64,000 nucleotides of DNA. Origin: Nymphaea colorata (lineage: Eukaryota). The DNA lies in assembly GCF_008831285.2 (NCBI RefSeq), contig NC_045138.2, positions 16,244,001-16,308,000 of the forward strand, read 5' to 3'. Each line of letters starts with the position of its first letter. Positions within the stretch are counted from its first letter, which is position 1. A program made the position numbers and the translations under genes. The notes beneath the pieces are model-generated. The model was not told the origin of the DNA and did not search any database. It saw only the letters and a list, made by a program, of their open reading frames with translations. Below are positions 63,151 to 64,000 of this stretch, one piece after another.

Positions 63151-63536
63151 GCTAGATAGTACCACGACGACTAAACGAGGGCGAAGCTAGTAAGCAAGTG
63201 AAATGTGAAGTAAAACAGTTATGAATAGAACATTATATGAAGATGCAATAATTGCTTAAGTTTTTAATGTAGATAATTACAAGCTTTATTTAAACACAAA
63301 AGAAAGTGAATATATATGCCAGACTCTACACATTAATTAATTTCAAGAAAGACGATCCTCAACTCAAATCAAGACTATGGAATACTATGACTTTAGCAGC
63401 CTCTATCATCAAACTGATGACGAGATGAAGAGGATAATATATACATCATAAAACACCTTGTTTAATGATGTGAATAATGCACATCATTTGCGCTGCACCA
63501 TAGTACGTGACGAAGATAAGTAAATAATTAATTGCG

Positions 63537-63804
63537 AATCTCAACAACCCACGGACGGAGACCGGCGGGGTATGTGGCGGCACGGTGGGTGGGGTCAAGG
63601 TCAAGGTCGAAGGTTTGAATGGCTGAAGAGCAGAGCACGTCAGCAGTAGATTAGGAGAAAACGTAAACGTAAGCTACCAATGTCCTTTCTCTGATACATC
63701 GTCCGTATCCCACGCCTGAGAAAACTAACGCCTTCTCTCGATTAAAAAATGATCGAGATCTTGGAGGGGAAGGGTCCGTCTTCCCATTGACCCGACCGGC
63801 CGGC
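63537..63804. repeat. Upstream block paralogous to 56391-57284 (part of the BAHD tandem duplication unit)
   Basis: Collinear shared words: AATCTCAACAACCC, TCAAGGTCGA..GTTTGAA.GGCTGAAGAG, GGAGAAAACGT, TGTCCTTTCTCTG, GATCGAGAT.TTGGAGGGGAAGG. Confidence 0.85.
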
Positions 63805-64000
63805 CGCCATCTCAGGCGTGGTGATCGGAAAGTGAGGCCTGACGTCATTCATATGACACTCGCACCTCTCTCTTCCACTTTCGTCTTTCTTCATTGGCAA
63901 TATTGGACGGCTTCCTCACGGCATCCTCTTTTCATTTCATGTGAAAGTAGGTGCAATAAATTGAAGAGGAGATATCAAAAAGAACTATTTCCTAGCAGTA

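Noticed and set aside
1..64000. tRNA, rRNA, snoRNA and conserved miRNA genes
   Set aside because: None recognised by eye; a covariance-model search (tRNAscan-SE, Infernal/Rfam) would be needed to exclude them.

Overview
Flowering-plant nuclear DNA: AT-rich intergenic space, GT-AG introns, many (TA)n microsatellites and MITEs; no prokaryotic features. Ten protein-coding genes can be supported: the first 20 codons of an ILP1-like gene (-), an E+ class PLS-PPR gene (At1g32415/CWM2-like), a DUF688-like Ser/Pro-rich gene, a secreted DUF538 gene, a group-3 LEA (ECP63-like) gene, an EMB175/PPR103-like PPR-DYW gene lacking the catalytic Glu, a 10-exon SAAL1-like gene, a truncated CHUP1-like coiled-coil gene, and two tandem clade-IV BAHD (agmatine/amine hydroxycinnamoyltransferase-like) genes. 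Intergenic DNA holds hAT- and Tourist-type MITEs, a LINE remnant, tandem repeats and a near-perfect palindrome. I found no unambiguous new multi-gene system. The best leads are the reciprocally diverged BAHD pair with a co-duplicated upstream block that looks like a relic spliced transcript, a duplicated PPR 5' end that encodes only a targeting peptide, an ATGA-overlapping uORF on ILP1, the Glu-less DYW domain and a (TA)n-centred hairpin. Family names come from recalled motifs, not database searches; splice models were built by eye from frame and consensus.
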